A stretch of DNA of 64,000 nt from a virus (IMGVR_UViG_3300037156_000269:32626-96625); one strand, 5' to 3'. Shown: positions 37,049 through 47,086, numbered from the stretch's first letter. Numbers and translations: made by a program. The notes: generated by a model from the sequence alone, not told the origin.

Positions 37049-38902
37049 ATGGACAAACGTCTGCTCTTCCCGAAAAATCACGGGCGTGAGCGCGACATCT
37101 TCTTCGTCAACGAAGATAAGGTGTTTTTGCAAAAACACGCCTCTGGGTACCATCCAAAGATTCAAGATTATGTGAGCAAGGCAAAGCCACTTGAGGGTTT
37201 GATTCAGGTTCTCATTACGGCCTTAGGCGCATACCCATTTTGGCCTCAGAACGTAAACGGAGATCGATTTTTGGAGCCAGCATTGGCCCATGAGGGAGAT
37301 GATTATGGCTACCAGACCTTCGCAACAAACGCGAACTACTTCAACCACCACATCAATAAAGATCCTTCACTGGCCAAAGGGAAGGTACTCGCAGCCGTCT
37401 GGAATGAACGGGCAAGACGTGTCGAGCTCATTCTCGGCATCGATCCACAACTTGATACCGACGCCGCGACGGAAATCTCTAACGGCAACAATCTTGCTTT
37501 TAGCATGGGTGCTAAGCTTCCTTTTGACGTTTGTTCTATTTGCGGAAATTGCGCAAAAACACGTATGGAGTACTGCGACCACCTCAGATACCAAATGAAT
37601 CAGATGGACCCCATCACCGGTATGCTGGTGGGGGCACTGAATCCACGCCCACGATTTTTTGATATTTCCCGGGTGCTTATCCCGGCCGACAAGACTGCCT
37701 ATATGTGGGAGAAGATCGCTTCTCCTGCCAGTGCTTTGCTGTCTAAGTTAAGCTCTGCTGAGCTTGCGGAAACATCGGCAAAGAACTGGTTTGATGATAA
37801 ATACCTCCAAGAAAAAGTTGCAATGAAGACAGAGGCTTGGGAAGAAAAACAATCGGGGAAAAGATCGGCAAAAACGGCTGCAGTAAATAAGAGCGCGACT
37901 ATCACTAAGGAGATCCCTGTGACGGAAGCAAAACCACTGTTTGCGTCCCGGTTAAATAAGATTCTGCCTGTCGCGAAAAAGGCCCTCGATGCCTCGGCCC
38001 CAGATCTTGATATGAGTCTTTTCAAAGGCTACAGCCTTCCTCAGATCCTGAGTACGCTGGTCGGGCTATCGATTATTCCTAAAGCCGGAGAGTCTCACAC
38101 CCTTTATGAGCTCTTTGCTGCACACTCGAATATGGATCCAAAGGCTTTTGGGCCGCACGCTTTTTCGCCGGAGTTGGCAAAAAAGCTTCTTCCACAAGTG
38201 CCGGAGCGCTCGTTCGCGCGTCCAGTTCTGTATCGACGCATTGTCGTTTTAGCCGGAAAACCTGAGTCCGAACTTCGCAAAATGGCAGAAGATGGTGGCA
38301 AAAAAGCTTTCCACGCTGGACTGGCGGCCGGACTTATCGCTGCAGCACTCGCGTACAGCGGGCACAGCACAGCTCTCGGAAACCTGCTAGCAGAGCACCC
38401 TTTCCTGACCGCCGTCTTCGGAGCAACCGCGATCAAGAGCTTAAGAGCGCTTGCCCCGGACCGTCCCGTCGTGACTGGTGAAGTTTCTCTTGCGGAACCT
38501 GGTAACCCTTTATATAATACGAACTGGCAGAGACGTTTTGCCGATGCGCAAGCACGTCCCGTCACAGTTATCAAAACTGGTGCTGATCAAAAATCTACTG
38601 TTTTTGAAGATACTCTTGGTGGGATACCTTTTTTGCTATCTCTCGAGGGGATTACTCAGCAACCAGTCCTTGAATTATTGGAACACAATCCGAACATTTT
38701 ATCTGGCAGCCTGATGACCAAAGAGTCGAGCGTTCTTAGTCAGAACGTAGCAGAAATTCTGACTTCTGCCCGCCGATTCATAAAGTCAGCTTCTCTAGAG
38801 AACTTAGAGTTCTTAGAGATAGTACCGGAGAACAGCAGAAACTCAGTCTGGGACCTGGCAATACTACACGCGGCCGATAGAATAACACGGAAGACAAGCT
38901 AA
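37049..38902 (+). CDS. Prohead (capsid maturation) protease
   Basis: NVNGDRF, NHH, FSMGA, CSICGNC..YCDH Zn motif, FFDISRVLIPADKTA; upstream of scaffold and capsid genes. Confidence 0.72.
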   Translation: MDKRLLFPKNHGRERDIFFVNEDKVFLQKHASGYHPKIQDYVSKAKPLEGLIQVLITALGAYPFWPQNVNGDRFLEPALAHEGDDYGYQTFATNANYFNHHINKDPSLAKGKVLAAVWNERARRVELILGIDPQLDTDAATEISNGNNLAFSMGAKLPFDVCSICGNCAKTRMEYCDHLRYQMNQMDPITGMLVGALNPRPRFFDISRVLIPADKTAYMWEKIASPASALLSKLSSAELAETSAKNWFDDKYLQEKVAMKTEAWEEKQSGKRSAKTAAVNKSATITKEIPVTEAKPLFASRLNKILPVAKKALDASAPDLDMSLFKGYSLPQILSTLVGLSIIPKAGESHTLYELFAAHSNMDPKAFGPHAFSPELAKKLLPQVPERSFARPVLYRRIVVLAGKPESELRKMAEDGGKKAFHAGLAAGLIAAALAYSGHSTALGNLLAEHPFLTAVFGATAIKSLRALAPDRPVVTGEVSLAEPGNPLYNTNWQRRFADAQARPVTVIKTGADQKSTVFEDTLGGIPFLLSLEGITQQPVLELLEHNPNILSGSLMTKESSVLSQNVAEILTSARRFIKSASLENLEFLEIVPENSRNSVWDLAILHAADRITRKTS

Positions 38903-38911
38903 GGAGTACTC

Positions 38912-39559
38912 ATGGCTACATTAGAAGAAATCTTAGCGCAGGTAGGGTTAAGCGAAGCACCGTCACAAACGAAGACTGCTTCTGCCGCCGCACCGAGCTC
39001 TAAGGAAGTTAACAAAGTATTAGAGGATTTGGGACTAAGTGGAGTCGAAGATATCGACAACGCAGGCGTGACCAAAACCGCATCCGAAGGAAGGAACCAC
39101 ATGGGATTTACAGATATCTACGACTCGATGTTCGGTGAGGTAGCTCCGGCTGCTACAGAGGAAACACAAGTGAAAACTGCTGCCGCTGACGCTGTTGCTA
39201 CAGCTGAAGCCGGCGCAGAAGAAGTCACCGAGTCTTCGACAGCAATGGGCGAATTGACAGGCATTTATTTCAACGTGCTTGAAGATTCTTTCTACGAAAA
39301 ACTCGCAGGCGACCTTGAAATGGAAGCCGGCAAAGGACACAAGAGCGTTGACAACGCTGGTGGCGAGTTGTCGCGCATCGTTGGCAAAGAAGGCGATCCA
39401 CGCATCGCTGTAAACCACGACCCCGCTAGCGGCGCTGGTTTGAAAGTTAACCCAGGAAACCAAACTCCGTACTCGCTGAAAGCCAAAGCACAGATCAAAG
39501 CGATCCTGAAAAGGAACATGAAGTCTGAGCCAGGCGACATCGGTGGATACAACGAGTAA
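38912..39559 (+). CDS. Acidic scaffold/internal head protein
   Basis: Repeated TKTA/VKTA/EKLA; between protease and capsid genes. Confidence 0.55.
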   Translation: MATLEEILAQVGLSEAPSQTKTASAAAPSSKEVNKVLEDLGLSGVEDIDNAGVTKTASEGRNHMGFTDIYDSMFGEVAPAATEETQVKTAAADAVATAEAGAEEVTESSTAMGELTGIYFNVLEDSFYEKLAGDLEMEAGKGHKSVDNAGGELSRIVGKEGDPRIAVNHDPASGAGLKVNPGNQTPYSLKAKAQIKAILKRNMKSEPGDIGGYNE

Positions 39560-39586
39560 ACGAAGAAAAAGAAATAGGAGTTAAAT

Positions 39587-40417
39587 ATGGATTTGCAGAA
39601 ATTAAGCACAGCGATGGAAAAGATGTCCGAAGAGGATCTCCAAGCCATTCTGGACACTGAGTTTGATGCTGAACTGGAAAAAGAAGCTTCTGACGAGCTT
39701 GCACAATCCGATCTCGAAAATGCTTTGTACGCTTATGGCGCATACAAAGCTGACCTCGAAATCGAGAGTGAAGAAGCTGGCGAAGATGGCATGAGCAAGG
39801 AAGCCTCTGAAAATTTCGAAGCCGCTGAGACAGAGATCTCTGCAGCTATCGAAGCCGGTATTGTAGAGCTTGGCCTTGACGCCATCGAAGATGACGTTGA
39901 AATGCATAAGACTGCAATGTCTGCCGCTTCTTTGATTTTCGAAGGCTACACTGACCATATGGAAAAGTGTGCGGCGAAAAGCAAAAAAGACGGTAAAGGC
40001 CTCAAAGGCATGTACGGTGCTGCCAAGAAAAAAATTGGCGCTCTTGCAGGCAAAGCTGGAGCACTCGGCAAAAAGCACGGTAAAGCCGGCGCTCTCCTTG
40101 CTGGCGGCGCAGCTCTCGGTTACGGCGGAGCAAAAGCTCACGAGCACATGAAGAAAAGTGCTTCTGAGCTTACCGCTGCTGAACTCGTTGACCTCACTTT
40201 GTCTAAACAGGCAACAGTTGAAGTCGTCGCTGACGGCATCGAGAAACTCGCGGCTCGTGGATCTGCTAAGGCTGGATTGCTTTCGAAAGGTCTGGGCCAT
40301 GTAAAAGCCCTCCACAAGAAGCATCTCGCCGGTCACGGTAAGCACATGGCTGCTGCCGGTGCAGCTGGCGCAGGCGCGGGCTACTTGGCTCATCGCATGC
40401 AGAAGAAGGATAAGTAA
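39587..40417 (+). CDS. Scaffold/internal head protein (acidic N-half, basic C-half)
   Basis: At least seven KxA motifs; glycine-rich hydrophobic segments. Confidence 0.6.
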   Translation: MDLQKLSTAMEKMSEEDLQAILDTEFDAELEKEASDELAQSDLENALYAYGAYKADLEIESEEAGEDGMSKEASENFEAAETEISAAIEAGIVELGLDAIEDDVEMHKTAMSAASLIFEGYTDHMEKCAAKSKKDGKGLKGMYGAAKKKIGALAGKAGALGKKHGKAGALLAGGAALGYGGAKAHEHMKKSASELTAAELVDLTLSKQATVEVVADGIEKLAARGSAKAGLLSKGLGHVKALHKKHLAGHGKHMAAAGAAGAGAGYLAHRMQKKDK

Positions 40418-40418
40418 G

Positions 40419-40886
40419 ATGGCAGTCCGCCCGCTGAAAGACCTATTACGGGACGCTGACAAGTTTAGCACTTCGCTAAATAAGTCGGCATCAGCGGCGC
40501 CTGCCGGACCAGACGAGATTACTGCTTTCGCTGAGAGTTTGATTGACGCTGAGTCAATCACCTCCAGCGATAACGGTTTCGAGAAGATGGCAATGGCTCT
40601 TAACAGAGCCGATGCCCTACTCCAAATCGAGACCCTTCTCAAGATCGCGAAATTTGAAGAGCAGGCTCTAAAGGCAGGCTTCTCAAAAGAGCAGGTCAGT
40701 GAGGCAGTGGAGAAGATCGCGGCTAAAAAAACTCGCGATAATCTGGCCGTTTTAATGGCAGTCGACGGTGGTATTATCCCTGGAATAGATAAAAATACGC
40801 TGGTGAAGAAAAAAGTTCCAGCTAGCGAAATCGGTCAGGCACTTAATGAAAAAGTGGTGACCAAGAGTTTGGGGTACGGCACATGA
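40419..40886 (+). CDS. Internal head protein
   Basis: Start MAVRP at 40419; internal NGFEKMA copy of the leader core. Confidence 0.6.
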   Translation: MAVRPLKDLLRDADKFSTSLNKSASAAPAGPDEITAFAESLIDAESITSSDNGFEKMAMALNRADALLQIETLLKIAKFEEQALKAGFSKEQVSEAVEKIAAKKTRDNLAVLMAVDGGIIPGIDKNTLVKKKVPASEIGQALNEKVVTKSLGYGT

Positions 40887-41227
40887 AAACAGTTTCTACT
40901 GAACAAGTGAAACTCGCCGGTGAACTCCTAAAGCGTGAACACGAGCTTCGTTTAGGTTTGGAAAAAGAAGCTCAGGATCACAAGCTTGAGAAACGGGCGG
41001 CTAAAATCGCTTTTCGTGAGATCGAGCTTGGATTGTCTGAGCCTTATAAAAGCCATGAGGAGTTTCTGAATAAGGTCGCAAACCTTATGAAAGAAGACCT
41101 CGACGTGGTTGAAAAGGCGCTTGAAAGAGGATACGGACCTTCGCGTAGAATTGGCGAACTTGCTGAGGAAACCGGCAAGAGTCTCGACCCATTCACACGT
41201 TGGGTAAAACACGGCGAACTGGAATAA
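40883..41227 (+). CDS. Scaffold-like coiled-coil protein
   Basis: Helical and charged; directly upstream of the capsid genes. Confidence 0.55.
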   Translation: MKTVSTEQVKLAGELLKREHELRLGLEKEAQDHKLEKRAAKIAFREIELGLSEPYKSHEEFLNKVANLMKEDLDVVEKALERGYGPSRRIGELAEETGKSLDPFTRWVKHGELE

Positions 41228-41247
41228 CAAAGAAGGAGTATTAAATT

Positions 41248-41718
41248 ATGGCAACATTACCTGAATTGGTCGCCCCTATTGCGGTCGATCTTCGCGCAGC
41301 AGACGAGTCTTTCGATATCATCAAAGGTATCGAGCATCTTAATTACCAGGATGGTTTGTTGGTCGATCAGACCCTTACCGTTACTCCTGGCGACTGGATG
41401 ACGATTGCATCAAGCGGCTTTGTTGTTCCGGCAACAGGCAACGCGGTGGGAAACGTTTACCCAGTCATCGTTGGCAACAACGAATATGACTCTCTTGCTA
41501 CTGGCGACCTCACAGTCGCTATCGGCGGGGGCTTCATGTACAAGACGACTAAGTATGTCGCTGGTTCATACACAATTGGTCAAAACCTTTGTGTAAAAGA
41601 TCTTGGCGGCGGCGAGCGCGTTCCATCGGCAGCAGGCTCTAACGACGCAATCGTTGGTCGCGTGTTTGCTCTGGACATTGTGAAGAACGTCATGACGATT
41701 CTGGTTCTTAACCGCTAA
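41248..41718 (+). CDS. Capsid decoration/cement protein
   Basis: Beta-rich 156 aa immediately before the MCP; strong SD. Confidence 0.6.
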   Translation: MATLPELVAPIAVDLRAADESFDIIKGIEHLNYQDGLLVDQTLTVTPGDWMTIASSGFVVPATGNAVGNVYPVIVGNNEYDSLATGDLTVAIGGGFMYKTTKYVAGSYTIGQNLCVKDLGGGERVPSAAGSNDAIVGRVFALDIVKNVMTILVLNR

Positions 41719-41833
41719 TCGGCGGGCCCTAGTGGCCGCAACGATAAAAGAGAGTGTGGATTCACACTCTCTGGCAAAATTAGTTTTGTTTTTGTATTTG
41801 AATTCGAAGCCAACCTAAGAAGGAGGAGGCACC

Positions 41834-42757
41834 ATGTTTTCTGATGAGGCAGCAACGTTTAACAACCTGTTCGTCGAGCGTATGGATACGCAAGATGGAC
41901 AAGTGAAGACTGCTCAAGCGGGTCAAGCGTATGTACGCTCGTTCCTGCGTGAACACTCTGTAGCGCGCAAGATCCTTCCACCTGAGTCAGTCACTCGCGC
42001 AGACCTGACTCGCAGCACCCGCCACGATACGCTGATCAAAATCGTGGATTTCGAACATCCGTCTACAGCAGCAGCTGTAAACTTCCGTTCGGCTGGTCGC
42101 GAGCGTTACCTTCAAGGTAAACGTTACGCTGTGCCATTCTTCAAAGTAGAGAGCGATCTCTTCACGAAGAACGAAGCGGAACTGTTGGCCTACGAGTATC
42201 CGGTAACTAAAGTTATCGAAGAGAACTCGATCAAGGACATCATGTTCGTAGAAGATTCGACTTTCATCTCCGCTTCAAACGGAGCCGTTTACAACAGCGG
42301 TAAGAAAATCGTATCGGCCGACACAAGCGTAACACGCTCGAACTTGAACAAATTGTTCAAGATGATCGACGTAGACAAGCTTCAGTCGATGGTGTGCTTG
42401 ATGACCAACGTCGATTTCGATGACTGGCAGACACAGCAAGCAACAGACGTCGGTTCGCCGATGGCTTCTGCTATGACTGTTGACGGTTACAAGCATGACC
42501 ACATCATGCGCCGCCGCCTCATCGTCACAAACAAAGTTGATCTGCTCCCACCGGGCACAATCAATGCCTATACTGATCCTCAGTTCTTAGGGAATTTTTT
42601 CATATTGAATGATGTGAAATTTTGGATCAAGAAAGAAGCAGACAAGGTGTTTTGGAAGACCTGGGAGTACGTCGGCCTCGGAATTGCAAACCTTCGTTCG
42701 GTTTCGCAAATCACTCTCGCAGTCCCACAAATTATCCCTGGCGGCGGAAGCTTCTAA
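41834..42757 (+). CDS. Major capsid protein (HK97 fold)
   Basis: 307 aa; AAGGAGGAGG SD; follows protease-scaffold-decoration genes; own terminator; VKTA near the N-terminus. Confidence 0.8.
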   Translation: MFSDEAATFNNLFVERMDTQDGQVKTAQAGQAYVRSFLREHSVARKILPPESVTRADLTRSTRHDTLIKIVDFEHPSTAAAVNFRSAGRERYLQGKRYAVPFFKVESDLFTKNEAELLAYEYPVTKVIEENSIKDIMFVEDSTFISASNGAVYNSGKKIVSADTSVTRSNLNKLFKMIDVDKLQSMVCLMTNVDFDDWQTQQATDVGSPMASAMTVDGYKHDHIMRRRLIVTNKVDLLPPGTINAYTDPQFLGNFFILNDVKFWIKKEADKVFWKTWEYVGLGIANLRSVSQITLAVPQIIPGGGSF

Positions 42758-42788
42758 GGATAGCTAAACAAGCTTTTGCTTGTAGGCC

Positions 42789-42820
42789 AAAGAAGGCGGT
42801 ATCACTGCCGCCTTCTTTTA
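42789..42820 (+). terminator. Terminator after the MCP gene
   Basis: aaagaaggcggta-tcac-tgccgccttcttt followed by T-rich sequence. Confidence 0.8.
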
Positions 42821-43432
42821 TTTTAAGGTGATAAGCTTATTACTTTTTCTACTGTTTGCAGGCTGAGTTAGATACTGAAGATTCCACGGGACGTGCAATC
42901 CAGAGGCCTCTATCAAATAAGAACTTCCGTCATTAAGAATTATTTTAGTCCTGGCTTTTAAAGCCACTATGTGGTCGACGTGCAGACTTGCAGGGCACCC
43001 GTCAAAAACTTCCCTAAGCTTATTCAGATCTGACCACACAGGAGTTCTTTGGATTATCATGGCCCTTCTGTTAGCCGACCATGACTTATACTTCCCTGGA
43101 TTTTTCTTATAATCGTCTTTCATCCACTGATTTACGTAAGACCTCCAGATTTTTTTGTTCTTCAGGAGCCATCTTTTTTGCAGAAATGAAGTCTGCTCCT
43201 TATTTTTAAGAGCCCAAGCCCTACTCAGCTTATAAGCCAACTCTCTGTTGTTACCAGCCCACTTCCTATTTCGTTCATTGATTTCTTTTTTGTTTTTCGA
43301 ATAATAGTCAGCTTTGGCTTTCTTCTGGCAACCCTTACATCTCCAATCAAAGCCATCTTTTGCCATTTTATTTTTGTAAAAGTCACTGAGAGGTTTTGGT
43401 TTACCTTTGCACGTGCAACAAACTTTGGTCAT
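42818..43432 (-). CDS. HNH homing endonuclease
   Basis: N-terminal CxxC..CxxC; HVDHIVAL..SGLHVPWNLQYL..NSRKSN. Confidence 0.88.
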   Translation of the reverse strand: MTKVCCTCKGKPKPLSDFYKNKMAKDGFDWRCKGCQKKAKADYYSKNKKEINERNRKWAGNNRELAYKLSRAWALKNKEQTSFLQKRWLLKNKKIWRSYVNQWMKDDYKKNPGKYKSWSANRRAMIIQRTPVWSDLNKLREVFDGCPASLHVDHIVALKARTKIILNDGSSYLIEASGLHVPWNLQYLTQPANSRKSNKLITLK

Positions 43433-43448
43433 AAATCCTCCTATTCTA

Positions 43449-43460
43449 CTTATACCCGAA
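43449..43460 (-). promoter_or_regulatory. Class-E promoter motif TTCGGGTATAAG
   Basis: 17 nt upstream of the HNH start. Confidence 0.6.
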
Positions 43461-43560
43461 ACTCGGAAACTATTGCCTACCCGCCAAAGAGTGCGCTATG
43501 CTCTATTACACAGGTTCCGTTTTATTTACGGAACCCCCATATATAAACAGGAGACACACT

Positions 43561-44175
43561 GTGCCTAACGCGAATGCGCAATCCCATAAAGTTCCTACTA
43601 AAATCGTTGTCACAAACATCACACAGAAGGCTGGCGGCGCTGGCTACTTTCTCGATCCAGGTGAGGGGTATGGCAATAAAATCATCGGCCCCGGCCGTTC
43701 GATGACGTTTGATTGCCCGGGTGGTCATATGCCAGACATTCTCCAAGTTTGGGGCAATGCAGTAACTGTTCATGACGCGTCAAACGGTGTGGAGATCTTA
43801 GGATCTGGCGGCGGCGAGCTGTCTCCTGGTCTGGTATCTCCTGTACGGGAAATGGCTGGTGAGCGTGATCTCGACCCGGACAATGAGGACTTTCTTAATG
43901 ATGAGGAGCCCAGCCTTGATGAGGCGATCGATGCGAACATGCCCAATCGCTTGGCTGGCCACAGCCCGAATGAGCGCGGCGGCCCTATTGCCGGCGACCT
44001 CCGTCAGCAAAGCTCGCGCACGAAGGTGTCACTAGGAACGCGCACAGACGAAGTCGTTGGCGGGGAGCTATCTCCAATCCCAGGCGACCGGCCGCGGGAT
44101 CTGGACAATTCGCAGCAATACACGATCAAAGCCCCGCGCGCGAATCATGTGGGCGGGATTGTCGGGAAGAAGTAG
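43561..44175 (+). CDS. Hypothetical virion protein
   Basis: GTG start with AGGAG SD; in the head-neck region. Confidence 0.55.
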   Translation: MPNANAQSHKVPTKIVVTNITQKAGGAGYFLDPGEGYGNKIIGPGRSMTFDCPGGHMPDILQVWGNAVTVHDASNGVEILGSGGGELSPGLVSPVREMAGERDLDPDNEDFLNDEEPSLDEAIDANMPNRLAGHSPNERGGPIAGDLRQQSSRTKVSLGTRTDEVVGGELSPIPGDRPRDLDNSQQYTIKAPRANHVGGIVGKK

Positions 44176-44209
44176 TCGAGAGGGCCTGGCCTATGGTATT
44201 CTGTAGGCT

Positions 44210-44689
44210 ATGGCTTTATTCGATATGCCCGAGTTGGAACAGCAACGTCTGAAGAAGGCGCGCAAATATCTGCGCCTTTTCACCATGGATACTCCAGAAC
44301 TAAACCGCCTTGTGCAGGGGTATGAAATCGATGAAGACCGCCTTGAGTTTGCTATTATGCTTACTATCTCTGACTGGAACTCGACCACTCCGCTTATTGG
44401 GAAAGTCACTCTGGGGAATTTTCCTTCACTCTATCTTTTGATTCACGGGGCCGCGATCCAGTGTTTGAAGATGGCAGGGATGTACCAGTCGAGGAACGAA
44501 CTGACGTACTCGTCGGGCGGTAGCTCATTTGTGCGCGCGAATAAAACTCCCTATTATCAGAGCTGGATACAAAATTTCGCTTCGGAATACGAGGCAAAAA
44601 AGCTCAACATGAAGATCCAGCAAAACATTGAAAAGAGCTACGGTAAGGGCTTCGGCTCTGAGTACGAGTTAATTGGCTGGGATTTCTAA
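44210..44689 (+). CDS. Head-tail adaptor/neck protein
   Basis: Helical 159 aa between capsid and tail genes; position-based. Confidence 0.55.
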   Translation: MALFDMPELEQQRLKKARKYLRLFTMDTPELNRLVQGYEIDEDRLEFAIMLTISDWNSTTPLIGKVTLGNFPSLYLLIHGAAIQCLKMAGMYQSRNELTYSSGGSSFVRANKTPYYQSWIQNFASEYEAKKLNMKIQQNIEKSYGKGFGSEYELIGWDF

Positions 44690-44702
44690 ATAGAGGGTAT
44701 TT

Positions 44703-45620
44703 ATGGCTCTCACCATCAACTTCAAAAAAGTAGAAGTCATCCCCCTCTCCAGGAACCCTGCGAAGATTTTAGTGCGATGGCAGACTAACCTGATTGGTGC
44801 TGACCTAGCTGATTTCGAGTTTTACGTGGAGCGCGGAAACACTCAGGATAATAATCCTGGGTTTCAGCATATTACTGAGTATGGTACGCCGGTGCTGCCA
44901 CCTATTGCCTCGGCGCCCACACAAAACTTTCAGGTTATGAGTCGCGCGATCGATGGACTGGCAGATAGCTGGCATGTGGATTACACGCCCGAGATGCTGA
45001 ACTTAGATAAACAGCTTATCTATCGCGTACGGGCACGGAAGAAATCAACGCAAGAAGAGATTACGTCTTTGCCTATTTCTCTTGGCGGCGCGCTTGATTT
45101 GGTTGGTCTTTATATCGCAGAAGAGATCAACTTTGAGTTGTCTGATGCGACGGGTGCTCCAAGCCTGATTTACAATCGCCGCAGGGGTGGCATTCAGTGT
45201 TCGTGCTTTGACCCGATTCAGAAGAAGAGGACCACGTCGAGCTGCCAGATTTGTTTCGGAACGAACTGGGTGGGCGGGTTTTACGACCCGATCGACGCGT
45301 ATGTGGACTTTAATCCCAACCCGAAAAATGCTCTGATTACGCAATGGGGGGAAAGTCAGGAGAACGCGACGAGAGTCATGCTAGCCAACTTCCCGATAGT
45401 TTTGCCTGGTGATGTGATTCGCGAGCTTAATACGAATAGGCTTTGGAGGATCGGGCAGCGCGTGAATACGACAGAGAAACGTCGCGTAACACTTCTCCAG
45501 TTTCCCGAGGTCCAGGAAATTAAGCCTGGGGATATTGAGTACAAGCTTCCGATTGATGAGCAGTTTATGCTGGCGAAGATTGAAGAGTTTGCGGCTGTGC
45601 GCCGGCGGAGGGAATTTTGA
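44703..45620 (+). CDS. Neck/head-closure protein
   Basis: CSC..CQICFGTNWVGGF and PGDVIRE..LWRI, a head-closure-like beta domain. Confidence 0.55.
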   Translation: MALTINFKKVEVIPLSRNPAKILVRWQTNLIGADLADFEFYVERGNTQDNNPGFQHITEYGTPVLPPIASAPTQNFQVMSRAIDGLADSWHVDYTPEMLNLDKQLIYRVRARKKSTQEEITSLPISLGGALDLVGLYIAEEINFELSDATGAPSLIYNRRRGGIQCSCFDPIQKKRTTSSCQICFGTNWVGGFYDPIDAYVDFNPNPKNALITQWGESQENATRVMLANFPIVLPGDVIRELNTNRLWRIGQRVNTTEKRRVTLLQFPEVQEIKPGDIEYKLPIDEQFMLAKIEEFAAVRRRREF

Positions 45621-46147
45621 GTTTCACAAAAGGTTTTCTCAGCAAAAAGCGCAAGCCCGGCAAAGGCTCGGATGATTCTGAGCCGCCAGTCACCAATCAG
45701 ATGTCGACCTTCAATTCCGAGAACCAGCGGCTCGACCCTGGTGCCTACACTGAGTTAAAAACAGCGAGTGCTAAAAAGAAGGCAGACCCCTACGGAAGGG
45801 GGTTTGTTAAGGCTTTAAAGGATATGGGCCCTACAGATAGTAATCCGCTGCGCCTTTATCCGGGCCCTGAACAGCCGTGGAACGTTTCAGGTTCAGACAA
45901 AGTGGCGGGTGTGACGGCTCCGCTTAAAGCTCCTACATCCCCGGGAGCCGGAGCTGCGCAGGCCTTTAAACCAATGAGCGCACCGAAACGCGTGACACCG
46001 AATATGGGGGCTTACGGAGCGCCAAAGGGTGCGAGTGGTGTTTTCGGTAAATCAGTAACGGCTCCGTTCGCGCAGTCCTACGGAAAATTCGGGCGCAGAC
46101 CTAGACAGGCTATAAAATCTATTACCCGCCTCCACAGGGGCATGTAG
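45617..46147 (+). CDS. Basic protein with degenerate leader
   Basis: TTG start; MSFTKGFLSKK; internal LKTAS. Confidence 0.55.
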   Translation: MSFTKGFLSKKRKPGKGSDDSEPPVTNQMSTFNSENQRLDPGAYTELKTASAKKKADPYGRGFVKALKDMGPTDSNPLRLYPGPEQPWNVSGSDKVAGVTAPLKAPTSPGAGAAQAFKPMSAPKRVTPNMGAYGAPKGASGVFGKSVTAPFAQSYGKFGRRPRQAIKSITRLHRGM

Positions 46148-46458
46148 TGGTTACGCTTCAATCTGTGCAGCCTCTGTTCGAGGATCAGTCCCCGGTACCA
46201 GAGGGGACTTTACAGCAGGCCGTCATAGACGACTTCAAGCTCAATAACTTGGCCGGTGTCCCTGAGCAAAAGATTCAGATTTCCTTTAATACGGAAGAGG
46301 GCGGTGATATACTCATCAAAGTGATAGACCCGCACGCGGCATCGGGATATCTCGTCTTCCAAGACGAAAGCGCCTACAAGCATTGGCTGAACGTTCAGCT
46401 CTATGAGCCGTCTCAAGATGAAATTCAGGAGGCAGCTCGTAATGGCACAGGGGCCTAG
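46147..46458 (+). CDS. Hypothetical virion protein
   Basis: Coupled to neighbours in the neck-tail operon. Confidence 0.5.
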   Translation: MVTLQSVQPLFEDQSPVPEGTLQQAVIDDFKLNNLAGVPEQKIQISFNTEEGGDILIKVIDPHAASGYLVFQDESAYKHWLNVQLYEPSQDEIQEAARNGTGA

Positions 46459-47086
46459 GGATTATATTGACCCGAATAAGTTCTACTCAAATACGCTACG
46501 GTTCATGGAGAACTCGTTTCTGGTGTTTTTGCAGTCCTTGTTCAACAATTTTCCACCAGGCGCCAACTGTCTTCACTACGACGACTCTCCCGAAGCTTCG
46601 GAGATTGCGATTGAAGGTCAGAATACCGACAATCTCACAAACGTCGACACTAGACCAAAGATCGTGGTGGCACGTGGTCCGGTTCGAATGAATAAGACTG
46701 GTATCAACAACTTTGTTGGTTCCAAAAACCTGACGCTCCAGCAGAGGCAGTCGGTGGTGATCAAAAGCGGTACGGTCGGCATTAGCTGCTACAGCCGCGA
46801 AGATCTTGAGGCAGATAGGATTGCCGAGATCGTAGCATCTGCGATAGAATCCATGACTGATGTAATACGTCAGTTTGGGTTCCTGGAAGTTCGGGCGACG
46901 GACATAGGCTCTAAAGCCATGATCAAGTCGGACTCGAGACCGGATTTATTTGTGGTACCCGTTTTAATTAGCGCGAAAGTCACTGAGAACTACAACAGGA
47001 AGATTGTGGATCCAGTTTTGCTCAGAAAAATTATCTTCCAGTACGTGATCCAGCCCGTAAATTTGAGAATACCGCCCACTGTTTAA
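46442..47086 (+). CDS. Tail completion/terminator protein
   Basis: RPKIVVARG and ISCYSREDLEADRIAEIV; directly before the sheath gene. Confidence 0.6.
   Translation: MAQGPRDYIDPNKFYSNTLRFMENSFLVFLQSLFNNFPPGANCLHYDDSPEASEIAIEGQNTDNLTNVDTRPKIVVARGPVRMNKTGINNFVGSKNLTLQQRQSVVIKSGTVGISCYSREDLEADRIAEIVASAIESMTDVIRQFGFLEVRATDIGSKAMIKSDSRPDLFVVPVLISAKVTENYNRKIVDPVLLRKIIFQYVIQPVNLRIPPTV

Noticed and set aside
39602-40642. 346-aa antisense ORF
   Set aside because: Antisense shadow of head genes with biased codons; no motifs.
41749-41772. Hairpin agagagtgtg/cacactctct before the MCP gene as a terminator
   Set aside because: No U tract follows; may be a processing or stability element, but this is unsupported.
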